A stretch of 53,080 bases of DNA. It comes from a virus. Lineage: Duplodnaviria > Caudoviricetes. Shown here one piece after another: positions 27,086 to 35,480 of this stretch (position 1 is its first letter; each line of letters opens with the position of its first letter). The notes under the pieces are model-generated. The model saw only the letters and a program-made list of their open reading frames with translations, was not told the origin of the DNA and searched no databases. The stretch is taken from the IMG/VR virus record IMGVR_UViG_3300025162_000064, positions 1-53,080 of that record; one strand, 5' to 3'. The translations under genes and the position numbers were made by a program.

Positions 27086-27445
27086 CTATTCTTCGTCGTC
27101 GGTATCGTCGTCGTCATATTCGCCATCTTCTTTAGCTTCAGCAATTTCTTTGTTGAATAAATCCTCCATAGCAATTCGAACTCTCGGAATTGAAGATTTC
27201 AACCCCTCGAATGGATGGCTCCCTGAAATCATAATTTTATCATACTCCCAGGGAATAAAATACGTTTTTTGTTCAAAAACTGTAATTCTTATCCCTGCCG
27301 GTGTGAGGTTGATGATGGCTCCATCGGCTTCCTCAAATTGAGAGTCGAAAGCCTCGACGATATTTTCTTGGATGATCGTCGTTAATGTTTTGGTCGGATC
27401 AATGTCGTCACAGTCCCAGTCTCGTGCGAAGTTTTTATCGGCCAT
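27086..27445 (-). CDS. Acidic hypothetical protein
   Basis: 119 aa, strongly acidic; AGGAG RBS. Confidence 0.55.
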   Translation of the reverse strand: MADKNFARDWDCDDIDPTKTLTTIIQENIVEAFDSQFEEADGAIINLTPAGIRITVFEQKTYFIPWEYDKIMISGSHPFEGLKSSIPRVRIAMEDLFNKEIAEAKEDGEYDDDDTDDEE

Positions 27446-27457
27446 TTGTCTACTCTC

Positions 27458-27754
27458 CTATTTCCAAGCCAGTGCGCAGATTTTGTCGGACAGGTCGGCC
27501 ACAGGCCCGACTGCTGAACCGTCGATGATGGTCTCATCAGGCTCCAGGCCGTATGCACAGACGCGAACCCACCCGATGTTGCGGCCATCAGCGTCGTGGA
27601 AGTGAACGAATACATCATCGCTGACGTCGGTAACGGCGCGCCAAGCCTCGGCTGCGTTCTTGCCGTCATACCCAGGCTCCTCGTCATACATGACCGTGAT
27701 GATCCACTTGTGGCGTTCGGCCTGGGTGAACAATTCGCGTGCTACGTTGATCAT
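27458..27754 (-). CDS. Hypothetical protein
   Basis: TAATG coupling at 27754. Confidence 0.5.
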   Translation of the reverse strand: MINVARELFTQAERHKWIITVMYDEEPGYDGKNAAEAWRAVTDVSDDVFVHFHDADGRNIGWVRVCAYGLEPDETIIDGSAVGPVADLSDKICALAWK

Positions 27755-28029
27755 TATTGGTTTCCCTTCTGCTCGCGGGCTGCGACGCGCGCCTTCAGCG
27801 CATCGGCCATTTTGTGATTTTCGTTGATCAGGTCGTCCATCGCATCCTGTTCGGTGTAACCACCGCCGACAGAACCGGTCCACTTGCCATCGTCGTCAGG
27901 CTCGTCATTTGCGTAGACTGCCGACCAGAACTCCTTTCCTGCTTTCATGACGCAGCAGGTGACGATTTCGAAGCGGCGACCGAAGCTATCACGGCGGAAG
28001 TGGCTGTAGGTGTTGTCTTGAAAGTTCAT
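27754..28029 (-). CDS. Hypothetical protein
   Basis: GAGGAG RBS; WSAV...D....G.G.TEQDA..DL pattern. Confidence 0.55.
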   Translation of the reverse strand: MNFQDNTYSHFRRDSFGRRFEIVTCCVMKAGKEFWSAVYANDEPDDDGKWTGSVGGGYTEQDAMDDLINENHKMADALKARVAAREQKGNQ

Positions 28030-28057
28030 GTGAAGCAACTCCTCATCTGATGACCAA

Positions 28058-28086
28058 CTTGTAGAATTATCTCAGACGGAATGCAA
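28058..28086 (-). promoter_or_regulatory. Sigma70-like promoter
   Basis: Minus strand TTGCAT-17 nt-TACAAG, upstream of 28029. Confidence 0.4.
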
Positions 28087-28115
28087 CACATAAAACGCAT
28101 AAAATCGAAAATATT

Positions 28116-28712
28116 TTAGAAGGGAAGATCGTCTTCATAATTTTCGTTCCAGGACAGACTGACTGGGTCTGCCTTGCGCCTCGCAGCGGTCACCGTAGCG
28201 CCAGGGAAGGTGTGTTTGATTTTTGCAATTTCCGGGTAGGCGGCGAGGATGCGACCCACTTCAGCGAGGCTGTAGACGGTGCATGCGCGGTTGTTGCGTG
28301 CCACATTGATAGCGTCTAATTCGTCGCGGACGATAATAATCACCTCAAGCCCGTCTTCGTTCATAATTTCCCATTGCTCTGGGGCGAGAGGTGACTTGCC
28401 GGCTGCCGACGCTTCAGCGTCGAGTTTACGCCATGCAGCAGCCATACGCTTTGCTTCATGTCGCACATCGTCAAGACTGCCACGGTCGATAGCCTCGTTA
28501 TACATCCGACGCTGCCGGTCGAACTTTTCGCGCCATTCGTCAGACACCAAAAGACGTAGGCGACCAACACCCCATTTAGCTTCCATCTGGACAGCCAGTT
28601 CATCTGTGCCATCGGTAGCTGCTCGTCCGGCTAGATAAAGGTCGGGCGTTTGCAGCCAGGGTGCCATGGATGCCGGTATCGGTGCCTGCTTCTTTTCGTA
28701 TTTCGGTTTCAT
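28116..28712 (-). CDS. Conserved hypothetical protein downstream of the primase
   Basis: MEAKWGVGRLRLLV....REKFDRQ...AW..LD.EA and K..FPGA.V motifs; ends in an SSB-like acidic tail EDDLPF. Confidence 0.65.
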   Translation of the reverse strand: MKPKYEKKQAPIPASMAPWLQTPDLYLAGRAATDGTDELAVQMEAKWGVGRLRLLVSDEWREKFDRQRRMYNEAIDRGSLDDVRHEAKRMAAAWRKLDAEASAAGKSPLAPEQWEIMNEDGLEVIIIVRDELDAINVARNNRACTVYSLAEVGRILAAYPEIAKIKHTFPGATVTAARRKADPVSLSWNENYEDDLPF

Positions 28713-28757
28713 CTGTTTTTTCCTTTCTGATATGTGTGCGTGCTCTCACTCCGTGAC

Positions 28758-28911
28758 GTGCTCCGGCTCGCGTATCTATAGATACGCGGGAGCACTGGAG
28801 CACCACGTGATTTTTGGCTGGAGCACGCTGGAGCACGCTGGTGCACTTGGTGCACGTATTGATATCATTGACTTTTTCTGGTGCACCTCTGGAGCACAAC
28901 CTCTGGAGCAC
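28758..28911. promoter_or_regulatory. Candidate replication origin: 20-bp perfect palindrome plus a TGG(A/T)GCAC iteron array
   Basis: cgcgtatctatagatacgcg at 28769-28788; eight tggWgcac copies at 28796-28911; AT-rich spacer; directly downstream of the primase-helicase gene. Confidence 0.65.
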
Positions 28912-28913
28912 GT

Positions 28914-31058
28914 TCATTTGAGTATGTTAATGATATCATGATTGACTCCGATGTATTTCATGGTCGCAAGTTCAGACATACGCCCTCTAAATCCAGCCGT
29001 TTTACGCTTCCTTTCTGCGCCGTCGTCGTCGATTTCGAATGCTTCGACCAACCCTTTGCGCTGGCATTCAGCCAACCATACGGCACGTGTCGTCTGCCCA
29101 GGCGTGCCGGAAACCACTACGGCATCCAGTAGCGCGTCATACTGCGCTTGCGCTGACGGCTTCAATCCGCCTCCCTTCCCCTGCTTTTTGGCGTCGCTTA
29201 GCGGCTCCCAAATCCACTCATCATCTAGCAAGCGCACGGTCATCGGCTGGAACTGCTTCCAATTCTCAGGCGTCCGACGCCGCGCTTTGCCGGGGTGATC
29301 GAAGGACAGCGTGAAGCCGGTAGCGCCTCCAGGACCGTCGTCCTCAGTCTGGTCGTCCTCCTTGATGGGTGCCATCACACCCACGGCATCGAACCGCCAT
29401 GCCTTCGTGCTTGACCCATATTGGCGGTCGTTGTTGTGGCCGGTGTGGTCGAGCCATAGCTGCCCGATCCGCATCACGGTCAATTGTGATACGAGGTCTA
29501 GGACGGCCGACCAAGCCAGTTCGTCTTTCTGGTCGCCTTCCAGGAGCGACATGACGTTATCGAAAATGATGAGGTCAACGCCACCGACGGCCTTGATTAG
29601 GGCCATCAGGAACGCATTGCCGGCGTCGGTGTTGAGGGGGGCGAAGGGCGGCAACGCCGGGCACACCTGCCGCGCCTCTGCTTCAATGTCGCGACCGAAG
29701 ATCATAAGGTTGCCGGCTGGGATGCTGACAGCCCCCAGGCGACGTATGACATCGATAGCACGCGCCTTGATAAGTTCAGCCGGCATCTCGCCGTCAATGT
29801 ATAGGACACGCATGGGGCGGGAGGCTTTCCAGGCCAGAAAATCAGTGCCGGAAGCCGCCGCTGCTGCAATAGCAAATCCCAGCAGGGTTTTACCCAGACC
29901 CGTGCGACCGACGAGAAAAACGCGGGCAGTAGTGGTCAGAAAATCACCTAGGATGCGATCGGGTTCGGGTATGTCGCGCATAGACCAGTCTCCTATAGAT
30001 AGAATATTTTTTAAGTCGGGTTCTTCTTCAACTTCGCCACCTAAAGTCTCGCCGTGAATTTCCCCCGTAACCGTGTCGTAATTTTCTTGGGTAATTTTTT
30101 TGTGCGGGTTGGGTTGCTGCGCCGCCTCGGCGACTTTGTCGTGCCACTTCCCGATTGCGTAATGCCATTTTTCTTCGAACATCGTATGTCCGCGCCCCTC
30201 ACGCTCCAGCAGGATCGATCTAGGCGTGACGGCGTCGTAGAGGCGCGGCTTGGATTTGCGTTCGTAGCGTTGGTAGACCTCGCGGCATTTCTCCGCCGAT
30301 TCATTTGGCGGCGGCTTAATTGGGCACTCGCGCCACCAATCCAGCACCGCCGCCCAGATTATTTTTGTTGCTAGCTGTTCGCGACCGTCTACAACCTGAC
30401 CGAAGAAGTTTTCGACAATGCCGCCGGCGTTATTGTTGGGGCCTGGGATGCGTTCAACCTGGGTGCCGCGTTCCGAGCTGATGCCGCCGATCAATTTGTC
30501 TATGGCGTCGCAAAGCCACTGCGGTGCTTCGAGGATGTCTACCTCCCAAGGCGCACAGCCGGCGTCCCAGGCATATTCACGCCCGCTCTCGTGCATGGAT
30601 GGCGGTGCCATCACAAAACCGCCCTGGCCGCGTATATCGACGCCTATGGCGGTCTTGTTGGTGGGTGGCGTCCAGAAGTCAGGCGTCTTGAAATAGTATT
30701 GCTTGCCGCCGCCGCCCGTTGTGACGATAGCGGTTTCAAGGTCAAGGTCGCTGTTCTCCACCGCCAACAATCCACGCCACCATGCCAGCGCCTCGGGGCC
30801 TTTGTGGGTGTCAAGGTCGAGGACGAAGATGCCAGAGCATTTGCCGGTGACGATCCCCATCTGCCCGTTTGATGTGCGAGGGAACCAGCTTACGACGGTA
30901 TCGCCATCGACAAGGTCGTTTTCATGCTCACGCCACTTGATTGCCGGTCGCTTCCACTGACCACCCGAAGAGGGGTGCATTGCCGGGACGACTTGCAGGC
31001 CATAGCCGTGATACATCGCAGCCCAATCTAATGGGCCGGCAAAGTCAGGTTCAAACAT
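28914..31058 (-). CDS. Bifunctional primase-polymerase (Prim-Pol) fused to a RecA-family (AAA_25/RepA-like) helicase
   Basis: GIVTG...VLDLD, TGGGG.QYYF and DIRGQGGFVMAPPS.H.SG..Y.W; Walker A GRTGLGKT, VLYIDGEM, LIIFDN, DHTG. Confidence 0.9.
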   Translation of the reverse strand: MFEPDFAGPLDWAAMYHGYGLQVVPAMHPSSGGQWKRPAIKWREHENDLVDGDTVVSWFPRTSNGQMGIVTGKCSGIFVLDLDTHKGPEALAWWRGLLAVENSDLDLETAIVTTGGGGKQYYFKTPDFWTPPTNKTAIGVDIRGQGGFVMAPPSMHESGREYAWDAGCAPWEVDILEAPQWLCDAIDKLIGGISSERGTQVERIPGPNNNAGGIVENFFGQVVDGREQLATKIIWAAVLDWWRECPIKPPPNESAEKCREVYQRYERKSKPRLYDAVTPRSILLEREGRGHTMFEEKWHYAIGKWHDKVAEAAQQPNPHKKITQENYDTVTGEIHGETLGGEVEEEPDLKNILSIGDWSMRDIPEPDRILGDFLTTTARVFLVGRTGLGKTLLGFAIAAAAASGTDFLAWKASRPMRVLYIDGEMPAELIKARAIDVIRRLGAVSIPAGNLMIFGRDIEAEARQVCPALPPFAPLNTDAGNAFLMALIKAVGGVDLIIFDNVMSLLEGDQKDELAWSAVLDLVSQLTVMRIGQLWLDHTGHNNDRQYGSSTKAWRFDAVGVMAPIKEDDQTEDDGPGGATGFTLSFDHPGKARRRTPENWKQFQPMTVRLLDDEWIWEPLSDAKKQGKGGGLKPSAQAQYDALLDAVVVSGTPGQTTRAVWLAECQRKGLVEAFEIDDDGAERKRKTAGFRGRMSELATMKYIGVNHDIINILK

Positions 31059-31097
31059 TCTTTCCTCTTTTTAAGTATATATTATGTAGGAGCCAAG

Positions 31098-31544
31098 TTA
31101 TCTGACAGTCAAAGCGCCATACTTTGCAATCAATGCTGCCTCAGCACGCCCGTCATCTTTCTTTCGACCGAACATTGTGTTCGCAGGCCATAGATTGATT
31201 GCCGTCCACCGAGAAGCTTCTTTGTCAGACGACAATTTATAGTGTCGCTTCCACGTCGTCGGCGTTACGAGGTGAACGGGGATATAGCTGCCGGCGACAA
31301 CGCCACGCACCAACCCATATGCGAACCCGAAGTTGAACATCGAAACAGCGCCATTCTTCGGCATGGCATGCACACGTTCGATGATCGCGAACTTCGGCTT
31401 AAATTCCCGGATGATGCGTGCCACCTCGGCTGCGTTGACTTCGCCGTCAACCACCGGCATGTCGAACACATCGACGGTATCCGCGTCGGGGTCATAAAAA
31501 GCCAAAGCACCGGATTTGCCGGGATCGACACCCAGGATGATCAT
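31098..31544 (-). CDS. RuvC-like Holliday junction resolvase
   Basis: ILGVDPGKSGALA, IERVHAMP..G..SMFNFG, VTPTTWK and KKDDGRAEAALIA. Confidence 0.85.
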   Translation of the reverse strand: MIILGVDPGKSGALAFYDPDADTVDVFDMPVVDGEVNAAEVARIIREFKPKFAIIERVHAMPKNGAVSMFNFGFAYGLVRGVVAGSYIPVHLVTPTTWKRHYKLSSDKEASRWTAINLWPANTMFGRKKDDGRAEAALIAKYGALTVR

Positions 31545-31608
31545 TTTCTGTCTTTCAAAAAGTTGAAGCCGACGCCAAAACAAGCACGGTCATGACGTCG
31601 GCGTCAAT

Positions 31609-32043
31609 TTAATCCCAGCGGGTGAAGATTGGTGGAGCGTGGTAGACTTCGGTAGGCGTGGATGTCGAACGCGGTTCGGTAGGTTTGCCTAATCCCAATT
31701 CAAACGCGGCCACCATTTGATTTTTCATGGCTTCGTGAAGGGCGATGTCCCGCTGGCGTTCGACTTCAGCCATAGACTCCAGATGCCCAGCCCACGCCGA
31801 GTAACCGGCTTGGTCTGTGTAGTTGTCGAGGTTGTGCCCGCCGCATACAGAACGGGCGACCTTCAGTAGGACCATCAACTGCGCAACATCGACCTCAGTG
31901 ATGGATACCGACATTGATGCCGCTTCTTGCAAGTATGCCGTCCAGAACTTCGCAATCAGGTCGAAACTGTTTTCGGCCCCGTGCGTGCTGCGCTTCCCAT
32001 CGGCAATGTCGGAGGCTTTTTTCAGGATTTCTTCAGGTTTCAT
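31609..32043 (-). CDS. DUF6378-like protein
   Basis: ILKKA..I..G.R..HG...SF..IA.FW.AYL...DVAQLMVLLKVAR.......DNYTD.AGY. Confidence 0.75.
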   Translation of the reverse strand: MKPEEILKKASDIADGKRSTHGAENSFDLIAKFWTAYLQEAASMSVSITEVDVAQLMVLLKVARSVCGGHNLDNYTDQAGYSAWAGHLESMAEVERQRDIALHEAMKNQMVAAFELGLGKPTEPRSTSTPTEVYHAPPIFTRWD

Positions 32044-32089
32044 TGTCGTCCTCCGGTTCCAGTTAGGTTCAGAACATAAAGCCGGTATT

Positions 32090-32335
32090 TTACCCCTTCT
32101 TCCATTCTGTGATTTCCTTTGCATTTTCTTCTCTGATCCATTGGTTGAAGAACGCTTTCTTCGTCAGCCAGGAAGCCTGGGCGTTCGGGCGTTTCCAGTA
32201 GACGAATTTGTCATCAACATCGCAAATGATGCGGACCCGCCCGCTTGCCTGCCATTCCTGCCCCTTCGCCGGCAATGGGTCTGGCAAGGGGTAATTGAAC
32301 CGCATCTTCAGTTCAGGTGGCAGCCGCTTTGTCAC
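32090..32335 (-). CDS. Hypothetical protein
   Basis: GTGA overlap with the upstream stop; GGAGG upstream. Confidence 0.45.
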   Translation of the reverse strand: MTKRLPPELKMRFNYPLPDPLPAKGQEWQASGRVRIICDVDDKFVYWKRPNAQASWLTKKAFFNQWIREENAKEITEWKKG

Positions 32336-32568
32336 GCCAGCCTCCAGACGCGCACGCCCTCGACACCATCTTCTGTCACCGTCCTCGTCACCCACTTTGA
32401 TCCTGGGATGGCCCTTGTGCCAACAGTATACGGATTGACATAGCGCAGCTTCCCACCATGGGTGCTGGCGCATCCGGGCATAAAAACCGAATCACCAACC
32501 TGCATCATATACATTGGATACCTAACGCGATCCGCAGGGATCGGAATTTTCTTGTCGATCTTGAACAT
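32332..32568 (-). CDS. Small DNA-binding-like phage protein
   Basis: FKIDKKIPIP...YP...MQVGDSVF...GVRVWR motif is widespread in phages. Confidence 0.65.
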   Translation of the reverse strand: MFKIDKKIPIPADRVRYPMYMMQVGDSVFMPGCASTHGGKLRYVNPYTVGTRAIPGSKWVTRTVTEDGVEGVRVWRLA

Positions 32569-32665
32569 AGCTGAATCTTTCATGTGTTATATGCCGATGT
32601 TGGCGCTATAATAAATTCACGAAAAATCTTATGCGTCAACCCGTAAAATGCGAAAAGATGAGTTG

Positions 32666-32932
32666 ATGAAAAATATCTTAAAGATGATGTTCACGACCGC
32701 CGACAACTCCACGATTGATCTGGGTCGGATTTTGTGGGCCAAGATGTCGATTGCCTTTGTCGGCCTGAGCATATGGGGCTATGCCTACGGCCACGCGACC
32801 TTCGACCCGGTTTCATGGTCGGCGGGCGCTGCCGGCGTCCTGGCTGGTGGTGCCGGAGGATTGAGGATCAAACAGTCAACTGAACCAAATGGAGGACAAA
32901 ATGCTGGCACTTCTGACCAGCCCGGTCGGTAA
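32666..32932 (+). CDS. Putative holin
   Basis: Two hydrophobic segments (ILWAKMSIAFVGLSIWG; WSAGAAGVLAGGAGG); first gene of the lysis cassette. Confidence 0.6.
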   Translation: MKNILKMMFTTADNSTIDLGRILWAKMSIAFVGLSIWGYAYGHATFDPVSWSAGAAGVLAGGAGGLRIKQSTEPNGGQNAGTSDQPGR

Positions 32933-33167
32933 ATACATCGCCATACTGGCCGGCGCTTCGGCGCTGTTCATTGCCATCGGCGTCGGCGGTCACCTCTACT
33001 TACAGTCTGTCCGCAATGCAGCCGTCGAGCATGATCGTGCGATGCAGGATGCTGCCGACATCACGCGACAAGAGAGCGTGTTGACGGTCGGCAGTATCGT
33101 TGACGCCGCCGTGAATGCTGACAAGAACCCCCAGGCAACTCTACAGAAGGAATGGGAACGCCCATGA
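32901..33167 (+). CDS. Inner-membrane spanin (Rz-like)
   Basis: N-terminal TM plus helical periplasmic domain; GGAGG RBS; overlaps a lipoprotein gene. Confidence 0.65.
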   Translation: MLALLTSPVGKYIAILAGASALFIAIGVGGHLYLQSVRNAAVEHDRAMQDAADITRQESVLTVGSIVDAAVNADKNPQATLQKEWERP

Positions 33168-33352
33168 AATCGCTTTTGCTGGTCATCACGGCCCTATTCC
33201 TGGCCGGCTGCGCCGCGCCTGCGGTGAAGGTGACGGATACGTCCTGCCTATGGGTGCGCCCGATTTACATCGAAAAAAAAGACGTATTGACAACCGAAAC
33301 TGCATCTGAAATCTTAGCGCATAACGACAAGTGGAAGGAGAACTGCAAATGA
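33164..33352 (+). CDS. Outer-membrane spanin lipoprotein (Rz1-like)
   Basis: Lipobox LAGC, then DTSCLWVRPIY...D.LT..TA..ILAHN..W...C. Confidence 0.8.
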   Translation: MKSLLLVITALFLAGCAAPAVKVTDTSCLWVRPIYIEKKDVLTTETASEILAHNDKWKENCK

Positions 33353-33717
33353 CCTGGGTTTATCACCAAAACAATGGCGGCATTTATCGTGATGGCGCAT
33401 TGGTCGGCCTTGGCTATTCCGGCATCAATGACGGATTGGACAATCCCGCCGAGCAGAATGTGGCTGACGTTGGGCCTATCCCTGTCGGCACGTATGACAT
33501 CGGCGAGGCGTTCACGCACCCGCAATGCGGTCCCATGTCGATGCGCCTGACGCCGCAGGATGGCACGAACACGTTCGGTCGTGACGGCTTCCTGATCCAT
33601 GGTGACAATCAGGACATGAACCATACCGCCAGCCACGGATGCATCATTCTGCCGAAGATCATCCGCGCAGCGATCTCCGCTTCAGGTGACACCGTTCTGA
33701 CGGTGGTGGAGGGCTGA
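33349..33717 (+). CDS. Tlde1/DUF2778-family L,D-transpeptidase-fold peptidoglycan enzyme (probable endolysin)
   Basis: GYSG...NP......GPIP.G.Y.I...GRDGFLIHGD......ASHGCII with the intact His...Cys catalytic motif. Confidence 0.85.
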   Translation: MTWVYHQNNGGIYRDGALVGLGYSGINDGLDNPAEQNVADVGPIPVGTYDIGEAFTHPQCGPMSMRLTPQDGTNTFGRDGFLIHGDNQDMNHTASHGCIILPKIIRAAISASGDTVLTVVEG

Positions 33718-34013
33718 TGGCCTGGGTGTTCGACATCGACACTGGCGAGTTTAGCCGCAACGGGAAGGTATTTTGCCATTCAGAGCGGTTTAACTTGCCG
33801 GTGGGAACTTACTTAATTGGGTATGTCCGCACCCACCCTGACCTGGGTGAGGTCGTGATGATGGTCTACCGGGAGATGATGGAGGTAGTGCAGGATGAGG
33901 GCATTATCTGCGGCGAGCCGTGCATCGTCGGCCATTACCTCAATTTGCCGCGCATCGTTCGTCTTCGGATTGCTACCAGCGAAGATAGGGTCTTGGAGGT
34001 TGTCCAAGACTAA
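33717..34013 (+). CDS. Degenerate paralog of the upstream Tlde1-like gene
   Basis: Aligns at the N-terminus, at PVGTY.IG...THP..G, and at the C-terminal LP.I.R..I..S.D.VL.VV, but lacks the HG...SxGC motif. Confidence 0.65.
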   Translation: MAWVFDIDTGEFSRNGKVFCHSERFNLPVGTYLIGYVRTHPDLGEVVMMVYREMMEVVQDEGIICGEPCIVGHYLNLPRIVRLRIATSEDRVLEVVQD

Positions 34014-34041
34014 TTGACTCAAAACCAAGGCAATACATGAC

Positions 34042-34509
34042 ATGACAGAATGTAAAAAAACAGAATACCGCAAGATGACCGGACAGGAAGAAATCCTCCC
34101 GCCAGACCCGACCGTAGAAGGTTGGTGGTGGCTGGCTATTGACGATGCCAAGCGACCGTTCCGCTGGGTTCCGTGGCCAGCAACAAAAAGTAAAACCAGC
34201 ATCCGGGCGGGCTTTTGGCGCGGTCTTTTACAAGACATGTCGCCTGAAGTAGCGCACAAAAACCGCTGGAAGCTTATCGCGCCGGTTGCGACGCCGGAGG
34301 AAGTGGATGCGTTGCGGGCGGCACTGGAAGATGCGCGCTCCAACAATGACAATCTTAATGTGGAAGTCACTGATCTTCGGGCAGAGAACGCGAAACTGCG
34401 GCGGGCGCTTGGTCGAGAACATCGTCCAGGCCACCGCCCGGGACCTCCAGCGTTTCGCGATCCTCAACCAAGAGAAGGCCGGCTACCCCATCGTGCTGCA
34501 CGTCTATGA
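34042..34509 (+). CDS. Hypothetical protein (Trp-rich N-terminus, coiled coil); the 3' end reads through a polA relic out of frame
   Basis: PDPTVEGWWWL...PVATPEEV.ALR; the last ~35 aa overlap the polA fragment in another frame. Confidence 0.5.
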   Translation: MTECKKTEYRKMTGQEEILPPDPTVEGWWWLAIDDAKRPFRWVPWPATKSKTSIRAGFWRGLLQDMSPEVAHKNRWKLIAPVATPEEVDALRAALEDARSNNDNLNVEVTDLRAENAKLRRALGREHRPGHRPGPPAFRDPQPREGRLPHRAARL

Positions 34510-34651
34510 CGAGAACGTGGCCGAGGTACCGGAGGGGTGGGGCAGCGTCGAGGAGTTCGAGAGGCTGATGTCGCTCACGCCTGACTGGGCCGCGGGATGG
34601 CCGGTCAAGGCGGCGGGTGGCTGGCGCGGCAAACGATACAGGAAGGACTGA
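34400..34651 (+). pseudogene. C-terminal fragment of a phage family-A DNA polymerase
   Basis: GGRLVENIVQATARD...GYPIVLHVYDENVAEVP...M...PDWAAGWPVKA.G...RYRKD matches polA motif C and the C-terminus; no start codon or upstream domains. Confidence 0.8.
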
Positions 34652-34654
34652 GGA

Positions 34655-34843
34655 ATGGGTGTGTTTTCAATGGCGGTCATCGCCTTGCTCGGCACGACGG
34701 TGATCACACCGCCCGAGCGCGTGTTTGCTAACCTTGACATGTGTTTGGTCGCGAAGGCCGGCACTATGGAAGACCTCCAGGCGGCGGGGGCTAGCATCCT
34801 CACCGCCCGATGTGACCTGCGCCAACTGGCGCCAATGAAATAG
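34655..34843 (+). CDS. Small hypothetical protein with a signal-like N-terminus
   Basis: 62 aa, hydrophobic N-terminus, two Cys. Confidence 0.45.
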   Translation: MGVFSMAVIALLGTTVITPPERVFANLDMCLVAKAGTMEDLQAAGASILTARCDLRQLAPMK

Positions 34844-34852
34844 GAGCGTAGA

Positions 34853-35098
34853 ATGCAAGAGATATTTCTTGAAATCGCCGAGACTATCGAGCAACTATGC
34901 GAACTGACAAAGCGGTGGACCGCGCACGAAGATATCCCAAAATCACAACAACATGAATGCAGAACTCTCGGCCGTGAACTTCACAAGATCGGCGGCGAAT
35001 CTCTGATGCGCGAAGCCTTTTATGTCGCACGGGGACGCAACCCTGCCGCCTCAGTAATCCAATGCTACTGGGATAACATTGGAGATTGGCGATGGTAG
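34853..35098 (+). CDS. Hypothetical protein
   Basis: AGGAG RBS; R.LG.ELH.IGG..LM...WDNIGDW pattern. Confidence 0.55.
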   Translation: MQEIFLEIAETIEQLCELTKRWTAHEDIPKSQQHECRTLGRELHKIGGESLMREAFYVARGRNPAASVIQCYWDNIGDWRW

Positions 35099-35325
35099 AA
35101 GGTGAATTTCTGACAACTGCGGCAGCGCCTAGCGCGGAACAAGCCGCAGTAGCGCGATCTCCGATAGGGGTTAGCGACGAAGCAATGACGGGAGCATGGC
35201 GCGTTATTATCGCGCGAGTGCCTGATCGCTATGTGACTTACTACTACCACGAAAACGATGACGCGCGCCTGAGGGCAGCACTTCAGCTTCGAGCTGAACG
35301 CTGGGTGGCCTCTCATGAAGGGTGA
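35092..35325 (+). CDS. Hypothetical protein
   Basis: Overlapping start; GGAG upstream. Confidence 0.4.
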   Translation: MVEGEFLTTAAAPSAEQAAVARSPIGVSDEAMTGAWRVIIARVPDRYVTYYYHENDDARLRAALQLRAERWVASHEG

Positions 35326-35458
35326 CCTGCGCTGCATCGAAGGACGGCTTACGCGCCACGATCCGCAGGATGATGATCCGTACCTTGAGACGGACGTGGG
35401 CGAATGCCCCGGCTGTTCCGGCGATGGCTGCGGCGATCTCCCCGCCAGCAAAACATGA
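35315..35458 (+). CDS. Small Cys-containing protein (47 aa, not in ORF track)
   Basis: MKGDLRCIEGRLTRHDPQDDDPYLETDVGECPGCSGDGCGDLPASKT. Confidence 0.45.
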   Translation: MKGDLRCIEGRLTRHDPQDDDPYLETDVGECPGCSGDGCGDLPASKT

Positions 35459-35480
35459 TTAACCTCGAAGGAATAACGTG

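Noticed and set aside
28758-28911. Short repeats as a CRISPR array, and ORFs 28600-28917 / 28666-28941
   Set aside because: The repeats are 8-9 bp with irregular short spacers and there is no cas operon. The ORFs are translations of the iteron region.
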